A stretch of DNA of 64,000 nucleotides, taken from positions 1-64,000 of the forward strand of contig JALMLS010000122.1 of NCBI GenBank assembly GCA_038496445.1, written 5' to 3'. This document shows positions 1-10,833 of this stretch, piece after piece. Both the position numbers and the translations under genes were made by a program. Numbering within the stretch: position 1 is the stretch's first letter; every line of letters begins with the position of its first letter. The notes beneath the pieces were generated by a model, which was not told the origin of the DNA, did no database searches, and worked only from the letters and a program-made list of their open reading frames with translations. Source of the DNA: Trichosphaerium sp. ATCC 40318 (taxonomy: Eukaryota > Protista > Tubulinea).

Positions 1-3000
1 CATAGCTTTATCAACATCTAGTTTTAGTATTGGTAAACTCAACATTGCACTGGTCAAAGGCCCAGTAATAGGCGTTGTAACAGCTGTTCCATGTGCAGCT
101 GATTGTACATCTTCTTCTTGTTGCTGTTGCACGTCCTTCTGATGAGTATCTGGTGTCTCAGCTTGTATCTGTTGGGTTGGTTTTGTGTGTAGGCAAACCG
201 GGCGTTGTAGGAGCTGTTCCGTGTGCAGCTGATTGTACATCTTCTTCTTGTTGCTGTTGCACGTCCTTCTGATGAGTATCTGGTGTCTCAGCTTATCTGT
301 TGGGTTGGTTTTTGTGTGGTAGGCAAACCTGACATTGTAGGAGCTGTTCCGTGTGCAGCTGATTGTACATCTTCTTCTTGTTGCACGTTACTGAGCAAGA
401 TTTATCTCTATGGTCGGTTCTTGCGAAGCCGTTAAATCAGGCGTTGTAGGAGCTGCACCATGTGCAGCTGATTGTCTTCTTCTTGTTGTTGCACGCTATC
501 CTGAGCATCTGTATCAAGATTTATCTCTCGGGTTGGTTCTCGTGAAACTGTTGTAGCAGCTGGTGAAGATGGCACATTTGTTGTCCTACGATGTTGTTCT
601 GGATTTTGAGCTCTGTCTTCATCTTGTTCTTTTTGTTGGTTTTCTTGTGTTGGAGCAGGTGCATTTGTAGGAGTGGTAGCATTGTTACCTTTAGTGGTGG
701 CAGCGGCAATGGCTTGAGCAGCGGCGAGCTTCAGCAGCAGCAGCAGCGACACGAGCTTCGGCAGCGGCAATGGCTTGAGCAGCGGCACGAGCTTCAGCAG
801 CGGCAGCAGCAGCACAGCGAGAATTGACATCTGTTGGTGGAGGATCAGCAGCGGCATCTGGTTGAGGGTTGGGCTCATGTGGTGGAAGATTAGTAGTGGC
901 ATCTGGTTGAGGGTTGGGTTCATGAGGAGGATTAGCAGTGGCATCTGGTTGAGGTTGGGTTCATGAGGAGGATTAGCAGTGGCATCTGGTTGAGGGTTGG
1001 GCTCATGAGGAGGATTAGCAGTGGCATCTGGTTGAGGGTTGGGTTCATGAGGAGGATTAGCAGCGGCATCTGGTTGAGGATTGGGTTCATGTGGTGGACC
1101 ATGTGCATCACGCTGACGACGAAGACGATGACGATGATTAGGAGGGGGTTGGTTATTGTCGATAATAGTGAAACGAAAGTCAGGATTGCTCAGCCTAAAA
1201 CGTGCAAGAGCAGCATTGAATGAAGCATTCATATGCCGAGTATCACGAGACCCATCAGGCATAATCCGTTGCTTGTGAATAACATCTAGATCATCAGCCA
1301 TCATATGTTTCTCATCGCTATCAGGTGTACTATAGTCCTCTGAACTGTCGGAACTGTCGTCACTGCCTCCCTCGATGATAGGTGGGTCAACATAGCCTGA
1401 AGGCATGTCTCCATCCCACTGTGGGTATTCATCAATGTGTTTTGTTGACTCTACCATCCTTTTAATGGTGGCTGCCATCGTTTTTGATGTGGGGAGTTTA
1501 TCACGGTATCGTTCTCTTCTTCGTTTCCCAAAAAAATCAACTACAAAAAAAAAAAAGAGAGTTAGTTACAAAGTTTCAAACAGTATTTTGTGGTGACGTA
1601 CGCATATTATTCTTGCCTCCCAAAGGATAAAATACATGATCTACAAAGCGAGCTACACTCACTAGGCTTACATTAGTGAAACTAGCCTCAAATCTTCCAC
1701 TCCATATGCCCGTTGCAAACAACAAGTCCAAATTAAAGCTTGCAGCATCTCGATACGCCCGTGAGCGAATTATTTCCATGCCTTGGTACGTCTCACCCAA
1801 ACGAAACTCTTCCATAATGTTGTGTATCTGCGTGTACAGTTAGGCCAAAAGAGAAAGATCGGTTTTGGGTTTGTTTAATCTACGTACATTGTCCAGTATG
1901 TGGTCACAACAGATAAATTTTCGTACAACAGCCCCTGCGTTTGACTTAACACGTCCTTGTCTAATTGCAAGCAACAGCTATAACCTTTATGAGTCCAACA
2001 AAGGGTGCAAAGGTTAAATAGAAACATACTTGGCTTGCAGCAATTGTGTTGTGACAGAACACTCTATTGGCAAATATCTTGTAGGGAAAGCCTGCCACCT
2101 TTACACCGTTTTCGAAAAGCTAAAAGAATGTCAGTCAATGTCAATGAACGTCCATAACGTACAATGTCCAACTTTGCTTCATGCTCTTTAAACAAGGTGA
2201 GGTTTTGTATCACAAAAAAACACGATTTCATAAACAGCTTTATTCCCTGTGGTTTAAAGATCTTGGATGCCTGTGAAATACACACAACATGTTTCTTTAG
2301 CTATAAACATTTAAAAGACTAAAAATACCTAGAGTGAAACACTGTACATACCTCGTGCCAGCGTTTATCATCAAGCAGATATTTTGGCTTCCAGTCTCTC
2401 CAACGTGGACGTGGTACTGTTTTGCCTTCTGCTTGTTGCTCTTTGGTGTAGTCTGCATGTAACCTTCTGAACTTCTTCCACAGCCTTTGTACCTTAATGC
2501 TGTATGTGTAGGGAACTACACACAAATTAGCTTTGTATAAAAGGGCAGCTCTTGTTAGTTCACCATACCGACTTGTTGCTGTATGTCGTTATCGTGTATA
2601 ATCTTGTCTAGCGCATTATGGTAGCCAGTGTACGGATTCAAGAAGGTGATGTTTTTTCAGTACCACACCGTACGCTTTGCATTTAAGGCTAATACATCTT
2701 GTTTAGTAGGTATTTGAGAAGAAGGCTACGCACGCAAAGTCAGCCAAACAGCAGTGTGCCCCATCTCCCAGTATGAGTGCGTCTGTACCTTTAACTTTCA
2801 CCCACATTGCCTTTGTCAATGAACGTGGAGTCTAATAAGCAAGTGAGTGTACACACTAATTGCAACAAACGTACCTGAATTACGAACAAAATTAACTTTC
2901 TGCAGAAAGTTTTTCAACGTGTAGTCTCTCACAGACAAAAAGCCAACCACATCAAAGAGATACCAAATCATATGCCGCATATATCTTTTGAGTTTTGGGG

Positions 3001-4033
3001 TTCTTGTTTTGTGTAAGGCGTAGTGTCTAATTTTTTTCAACTCTTCAAAGCTTAATAAAGATGTTAGAACTAATTTTTATCTTTCAAATTAAAAACAATA
3101 TGTTGTACGCCGGTATAATGGCCTTGTAATTCTGTAATGATTCCAATATCAGAGACATTTTATAATACTTTGTGGCAGCATATTGGTGTACAGGAGGAGT
3201 CAGTTGTTTGAGACAAAAGGCTCTAGCCAAGCGCCCTTTTTCAGCCAATATTCTGTATGTAAAAAACTTGGTGGTGCGCTCGTGAATGAAGGTCTCTGTC
3301 AAAACAGAAAGTTCGTCGTCCTTAACACGTTTCAAATTGATAACCTTGAACCAGTCGCGGTTGGGGTCTTGCAAAATGGTCAATGCATCGCTAAGAGTGG
3401 TTTGTTCCTAACATTAAATTAAAAACAATAGCAATCAAAAAAATGTAGTGTAGAAATGAGAAATATTACTTATGTACGTACTGCTGTGCCAGCGTCATGG
3501 CCACGTAGCTCTTCCTGTACCTCTTCTGTCAAACGGTTACGTAATATTTCTTTTATCTCCACTGGGTCGCGCAATTTGCCGTATGCACCGTGCTGTGTAA
3601 GTTTTAGCTCTCTAAAGGTGAGTTAACGTTAAAAATACAAAATCGAGGTTTTCAAAGGGCCAAGTTATACAAAACAACCACGTACTTGTAGAGCAAGTTT
3701 GTTTCTCCCTTCTTTGTTATCAAACTGTTCAAGTTTTCTGCATTCCAATGATTTAGCGTGTCCCCAGCCACAAACCTGCGTATGCGATAGTGGGTTTCCA
3801 AACAAGCTAATACAGGTAAAATACGTTAGTTTGTTAAAAAAAATAGACAAAACTAGACAACAGTGCAGTTTTTACGCCTGGCACGTTGTAAAAAGTTAAA
3901 GTAGTGAAAAAAACGCACGTGCGTTGCTGTCTATAATCCTCTCCTTATCTTGTTTGTACCAACTTGCTTCCAATGCAAGCCTACTAGCAAAGCACGGTAC
4001 ATCCATAGCATCTAGATTAACAACCGTTGACAT
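1..4033 (-). CDS. Large multi-exon orphan protein (gene A), 3'-partial, with low-complexity Pro/Gln/Ala repeat C-terminus; some apparent frameshifts
   Basis: ATG at 4033 (MSTVVNLDAMDVPCF...). GT-AG introns join ORF fragments 3665-3850, 3084-3383, 2816-3040, 2319-2525, 2064-2285, 1576-1815 and 432-1478. A frame is still open at the window edge. Frameshifts near 2650-2800 and ~955 (decay or assembly indels). Confidence 0.6.
60..500. repeat. Degenerate ~130 bp tandem repeats (about 4 units) in the coding tail of gene A
   Basis: Recurrent GTGCAGCTGATTGTACATCTTCTTCTTGTTG units near 93, 224, 354 and 463. Confidence 0.85.
835..1097. repeat. 42-bp coding tandem repeat (PPHEPNPQPDATAN, about 6 units)
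   Basis: Repeated GGCATCTGGTTGAGGGTTGGG(C/T)TCATGAGGAGGATTAGCAG. Confidence 0.9.
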
Positions 4034-5270
4034 ATACCTCTTTATTTTTGAGTTAAGTCACCCTAGCACTCAGTACAAGAAGCAAAATTCCACATTTACC
4101 ATTTCCTACCAATAAAAGCGCTTACATGTACCTTTAGCGCTGAAACCGAAAAAAGTGCTCACGTGAATTCACTTCAGTGAATACTAGCCTCGAAAACCGA
4201 ACTTTTGCTAGCAGCGCTGAATCTTTCTCAGGTACTTTGTTTTAGTCTTACGAACGTTTTTTAACCAGGTATACCATTCATAGAAAGTTAAAACGGTTAC
4301 CATGCCCTAAACACACTGCTTCCGTGCAAAACGGTGTGAACATGTGGAGACAAAAATACTTCGCTTTGTAAAGTGGCTGCCAACACACAAGCCCATACTT
4401 TACGCCTGCCATCAGCAAATGCAAGCTTACCCAACGACACCCAAGTATTTACAGCGATGTATACACTACTGTCGTTGCCCAGCAAACAACGCATCATGTT
4501 GCATGGCACGTGGAAAATGTTTTTCACTGAACAAGATTCTCGCTGGAGACGTGTTCAGTGAAACTGATATTAAACTTGTGCTGCACAAAATTGCGTGGTT
4601 GATGAGCGTGGTGCTACAAAACTGTTTTTGTTGTAACGCCACGCTCACCAACCATGTTTTATTTTGTTTTTCAAGCTCATAAAGCTTGGTCAACAATATT
4701 AAGCACTACGTTGGACCTTAAAACAACTATGAAGTGTGGTGAGCATGATTTACAAGCAATTACAGCTTGTACCGCATATTTGCGGCGAAATGCGAAAAAA
4801 CAGGTACAAACAAAGCTGAAACATCACGCAATGAGATGAAATCAACGCAAAGTGGTGAACCGGTACGTTGTAGCGCAATCCATCTTTTGTTGTCACTTGT
4901 GGTGGCAGTTTTGTACGTAACTAACCTTAGAATAGGCGCAGAAGCGCAAGGAGCAACAAACGGTACGTACTTTGTGCTAACAAGCAAATTTGTTTTTTTT
5001 TTGCTGATCTGCATTCGTTTGCATTGTATCCATCCTCTAATCACTAAATAGAAGCGTTTGCGATCATTGTGTTTAAGTTGATACCATCTTAACACAAACT
5101 TCATTACAAACACGGAGAACGCAACCACACACACTTGGGGCTTAATCGAACAAGTACGTTGTTTTTGAGCGCGGCGCAAATAGCGTATTGCAGCTCTAAA
5201 CGCTCAACTTTAGCTAGAAAAAAGTGCTGTGACCTCGTCTTTGCATATTCCGACGAGTTTGCGTTTAAAG

Positions 5271-7962
5271 ATGGCTGAAAACCCACCTGTACGATCAACG
5301 CGTTAGAAACCATCTCCTATCATTCTTAACTCTTTTTTAGGCATGCAAACGCCAAATGGGACTACAAAACTGTACGTAATTCTCTTTTCCGTTTTTATCG
5401 CTTTTACGGCGTCTACAACTCTAAAAAAGCAACAGCGCGAAAAAACCAACGGTTAGTTTTTTTTATGTGTTCGAAACAAACTGTACACCATTTCTTCTAC
5501 TTTTTCATTTCAGCGCCTTCTTGGCCGTTTTCAACGCCTTTTTCATCAAATTTTAGGCTAAAAACGCTTATTTCTTTTTAGATTTTACAGGTGTGAGCCT
5601 AATCGCTACACAAGACCCTGTAATCAACAGCGCCAACTCAATAGCAGAAAAAGATGCTTTGCTGTTGCCCATGGACATTGTACGATTAGAGGGCTTCATA
5701 ACGTCCAGAGATGTCCTGTCCCCTGAAGAAAAACAGTAATACCTTTGCTACTGCCTTCACTCACTTGTTTAGGTTAATTGGCCCTTTTCATGGCAGTTCA
5801 GACCTAGTACTAGCTCACGAAGGTTCAAAGTTGTACGTACAGAGTTTTATTTTCCTTCTTCTTTTCTTGTTTACATGCGTTATTACAATTACACATTTCT
5901 GCTGTGCTTGCAGCTGTAGTTAGCGTGACATTGATTATCTCTCTGTTGCACGTTGCCTCACTGATTATTCTTTGGGGTTGAATCTACGCTGTGTTGCTTG
6001 TAATGGCTTGAGTGTTTTGTTTTCTCTCTTTTCTGCTTTTGAATTGCCTTTTGGATGTCACCCAACTACATTGAGCAGGACATTGATCATCTCTGTCCTG
6101 TGTTGTGCCCATTGATCATCCTCTGGGACTGAACGTGTTCGTTGTGGTGCCGTTGTAGAGTATTTTTCACGTTGGCAACATCATTTCTTGTTTTATTTTG
6201 CGTTTTTCTTCTATTGTATTTCACCTACCGCTTTCTTATTTACTTTATAGTCCTCTGCAACAATTTAAAGACCAATTGGAAGCTATAAACCCCTCATCAC
6301 CGACCTCACTGTTGAAAGCCATAAGCGACGTGTTTGATATGTTTGATGACACACGAGATATGCCTTTGAAAGTGCAGTAATAGAAGAGTTGATGATACCG
6401 ATGAAAGCAGAGCAAAAACAGTTAATACACCAAACATTGGTACGGTAGATGTATCTCCTGTAGCCACGGTGCTTATTGTTTGAGGTAGAGCCAACATTTG
6501 GACTTTTTATATGCCAATTACAACGCTTGCTACTACTCTCCTAGCCAACGTAAGCGCATGTTGGCGGCCTGTTTTCTTTTTTATCGGTATTGTTTCGATT
6601 TCTAAAGTGAATAGATAGATACTTACTGTATTTTTAGCTTGTTGTATAAACCTGGCCTGACATCTAGACACAGAAGAAGTAGAAAAGTGAGAGAGAAAAA
6701 GAAGCAGCTTGCAGCTTGGGTACTGACAAACAGTGCATTCTATTCTTTATTAGGACTTTTTGTGATAACACTACGCTTTAGAGCCATTTCCAAGCGGTGT
6801 ATTTTTTACGTGTCAACTGCAGTTTGTGCAACGATTCCGCCAAAACGGTTCCCTTTGGCAACAAGGTGGCCGATAGCGTCTTTTTTAACAACCACTATCC
6901 CATATGCACTTACGGTTATGGCGATGAGGACAGTTACAGGCAAGCACCACGCCATTCGTCAAACAGATGCTTACTTTTGGTAGCAAGTCCAAGTTGAAGA
7001 TAATCACCGTTGGTTACAATGGCTCTCTAAGAGATAATCGCCTCAAAGGTGATTTAAAAAAGTTGCACAAAGGTTACGTGGACGACTCTAATGGCATCTC
7101 ACTGGCAGCTGCTGCGGAGCTGAAGCGATTGGCCAACCACTACTTCGATGAGGTACTAAAGAGATGCTGCAACACAACGCGTATACTAACACCTGTTACA
7201 AGCCATCACCGCCAAGTATGTATGGAAGGGAAAAACCCAAAAGGTACAGCACTTTGGGTCACTCCTATTACCGCCTTTACACCTTGGGTTTGGATCTGCT
7301 GAATTGCAGTTATGACACTGAGAAGGAAAACAGAGCGTTACACTTGGATTTGCTGTGTGCATACGCTACCAATCCTCACTGGGGCAAGGTCTCGGACGCT
7401 TGGAAGATGAGCGACAAATCCACGAAAGCCTGCAAAGCATTTCTTCAGAACAAAGGTGTGCTTGCTTTTCTTTTTTTTTTTGTTTTGTTTTATTTACCAT
7501 TTCAATCACCAACCCCTCTTCAAGGAGCAAGAGAGTACCTGGCGCAGAGATTTCACCCATTGGCAGTCAACAGGTTACGTCAATTGAACCCTCACGTAAT
7601 GTTCACTGGCCTTCATGAACAATGGCTTAAATTATTGCCAGGCACTCCTGTCTACAAATGGAAGCATTTGATCATGGTACTTGCACATTTTTGTGGCTTT
7701 AAACTGCGTGTATACCCAAAAAACTCATTCCATTTAGATCCAAAAAGAAGTGAAATCTATACAAGTGCTTTGTACAGTGTTGCGCTGGCCCGTGCTTAGC
7801 GATCCCAACCAAAAGAAACAACACCACTGCATAGTGTTCAACATAGCGCCTTGTCAACAACCTTTTGGATGCATGAAGTACGAGCAAATACCTTTTCTAG
7901 TGCGAACATACTACAAGCCAGAGATTGAAAAGTTTTTAAAAGAGTACAACTATACTAAATAA
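5271..7962 (+). CDS. Multi-exon protein with a C-terminal domain resembling bacterial UDG-superfamily proteins
   Basis: Spliced model MAENPP|ACKRQMGLQN|...|...YPICTYGYGDEDSYSKSKLKIITVGYNGS...NHYFDE|...NCSYDTEKENRALHLDLLCAYATNPHW...LRQLNPHVMF...YNYTK*. Introns include 6940-6983 (GC-AG) and 7153-7202 (TACTAAC branch point). One apparent frameshift near 6350. Confidence 0.6.
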
Positions 7963-8468
7963 ATACATTTCCCCAAAAAAAGTGCTACTTTAGTTTTTTT
8001 AGCCTACAAAAGCTGCATAAGAGACGATCTATGACTTGAACACATTTATTTACTACAGGTGACTATTTTACAGAGGCTACACCACGACACACAACTATTA
8101 TGGAGCGTACGTATAACGATCAGCAAAAAAATTAACGGTTTTTTTTAAAATTATTTTCAAAAAACGATAAAACGCAATAATACCGTTTCGTACCGTATTA
8201 GCGCTACAAACCTTCTTTTTACCTTTTAAAATTATTAGTTTTTTGCCCCTTTTTTCTAAAAACATGTTTTTCTTTTCATTGTCCTGTTAAAAAGTGCACT
8301 TACTGGTGTTTACCTACAAGAGCGTGCTTAAGAGTCGTATGTACATACTAACAACTTCTCCTTGTAGGTGATCCCCCACCAAATGTAAATTTCTCAAATC
8401 CTGGATCTTTGAGACTCGTCTTCAAAGTAATAGATGGTCATGTTACTGTATCCTTAGTAAAACACAAC

Positions 8469-9432
8469 ATGGCACAATTTTCCTATAGCGAATCTGGTAT
8501 AGACGATTCACAAATGGACATAGATGACCCTGGCTCAGACTCAGACTCAGACTTTCGCTCAGACTCAGACTCAGACTTTCACTTTGACTCTGACTCAGAC
8601 TCTGACTCAGACTCAGACTCAGAATCAGACTCAGACTCTGACTCAGACTTTCACTTTGACTCTGACTCAGACTCTGACTCTGATTCTGACCGTGACTCTG
8701 ACTCTGACTACGTACCGTCAGGTTCTACAACTTCGGACTATAGCCAACTTCATGGAGATGACTCCGACTCTGATGACACACCGTCAAGTTTTACAACGGT
8801 TTCGCCTATGTCTACAGCTACACCAAGTACTACGTACGTTTGGTAAGACAGAACACTGTTCTTACTTTCTTGTCAGCACAGAAGATGCCAGCACAGAAGA
8901 TATACAAGAACACCTGCGGAAAAAATTTGCAAATGCTCCAGAAGCGTACATCAAAGTTGACCCAGTGTTCCCTGGGTTTTATGAATTAATAGCTCATCTA
9001 ACAAACGCTACCCCTACACCTACACCTATAACAGATACTGCGCACGTTTGGTAAGACAGAACAATGTTCTTACTTTCTTGTAGTGGATCTGACAGTGCAG
9101 AAGATTCAGATGAACAGCAACTTTCAAATGCTCCAGAAGCCTACATCCAAGTTGATTCTGACTCTGACGCCAATAAGACACCCTCAGGTGCTACAACGGT
9201 TTCACCACCTAGACAAAACACTACGCACGTTTGGTAAAACGGAACAATGTTCTCATTTTCTTGTAGTGGATCTGACGACGCTTCAAGCTTTGAAATTACA
9301 ATTCTTCACTCAGGTGACGAAGCAGAACCAATGCAGGGACAAGACCATAGCCCTGACATTCAGTCACAGGAGGAGGAGGAGGAAGAAAAAGTAGTTGACT
9401 TCTCTGTATTTTTATATTCACAATCAGAATAG
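8469..9432 (+). CDS. Ser/Asp-rich acidic low-complexity protein, 4 exons built by exon+intron duplication
   Basis: [13 protein letters not shown]..., (SD)n tract at 8535-8710, three near-identical phase-2 introns, NAPEAYI(K/Q)VD repeated in exons 2 and 3, stop at 9430-9432. Confidence 0.7.
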
Positions 9433-9561
9433 AAGAAAAAAAAAAAAGCTACACAACAATAAACTTTTTTTTAAAAATTAATTAGCTTTACTTTTTATTG
9501 GCATAGATTTACACTTATCACATTGACCAACAGGTGAAGCTACCACAATCTATCACTCACT

Positions 9562-10509
9562 TTAAGCCCTATCATCTTCCTCCCAACACCTCTTACTCTT
9601 CCGTGCGCCTTTCTCGTACTCGTCCTGCCTCTTTAAACGCCCACTTTCATACCACTCGGTGTACTTGCCATGTGGTCTACCGTAAGCGTACGCACACTGT
9701 GAAACCAGGTTGCCACCCTCATAACAAAATGACCATCCATGTCGCTTGTTGTACCGGTACTGTTTTATATATCGCAGCGTTTGGTCGTTGTTCCACTTTG
9801 TGACCAATCCGTGTTTGCAATCGGTAGAATGTTGCACAGACCTTGCACCTATTTTATTGATACAACCGTAGCATTTGGGTGAAATGGCATTTTCTAGCAA
9901 ACTGGAGATCATCTTTCTGTTCATTGGGTGTGGAACAACAACTTCGCTATCTGTTGGACGATTGTATATCAGCTCTTCGCGCCCACCAAGATGGTTGAAC
10001 AGGTGCAAAACCTTCACATACATCTTACCACCATCTACACAGATTTTGTACGCGCAAGTGACTTCTTGTGACTTTATCTCATACATCTCTAGTTCAATGA
10101 GATAGCTGGTATCGTTCATTGTTTCTGTTGGATACGTTACTCGGAAAGCGCTCAGCATTCGCCCTTTGTAGTAACTCACAGCCAGGTCCACACGCTTGAA
10201 TCCATCGTAAGTTATACAATCTCCATGCATTTGCCCATTTACAAAGTTGAATAGCCTACTCTCAGATCTCCACATGCCGTGCTTATTCCAGTTTTCGTCA
10301 AAGCGTAAAAAGGAAAGCTGGCTATCCAAAAGCGGCCACACTTCGTTCACTTTCAAGTCCAATTCCATTATCATCATCTTTAATTCTGTTGGCAAAGTCA
10401 GCAGTGTTCGAGCCTACAAAAGACGAAAAAACAAGGTAAGGATTCATAGCAAGCCAAAATCTCTCCATCTCACCTTGGTGTTGCCGCTAAACCTCTTTTT
10501 AGCTGCCAT
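9562..10509 (-). CDS. F-box-like + MORN-variant repeat protein
   Basis: Exon 1 10474-10509 (MAAKKRFSGNTK), intron 10414-10473, then LLTLPTELKMMI (F-box-like) and MORN_2-like repeats (HGKYTEWYESGRLKRQDEYEKG). Confidence 0.8.
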
Positions 10510-10833
10510 CTGTGATGTTCAGTGTTATAGATGGGTGTTTATTAATTATAAACAATTGCTGCAACTAAGAATGATGTAATTCTTACATAGTTTTTTTGTA
10601 GATTTTCTGGATTGTACATTGGAGTTTTATAGGAAAAGCCACGTGATAGTATGTTTTTTTTTTTCCTTTTAAGTCAACACTAATTCACCACAGTGTAGTT
10701 TTATTAACATATAATCGATCGATTCTTGCGCTAGAAGGCTTCAGGTATGTAGTACTGGTATCTCCCTTCTTTTCTTTTACCTTTGCGCTTAATACCAGTA
10801 AATTAGACTTATATGTCGTTCTTTAGTTACATT

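Noticed and set aside
4270-4720. Overlapping short ORFs as another cargo gene
   Set aside because: No consistent splice model or recognisable motif.
8524-8720. TQTQTL-repeat ORF and CRISPR-like regularity
   Set aside because: Alternative frame of the (SD)n coding microsatellite; no spacers.
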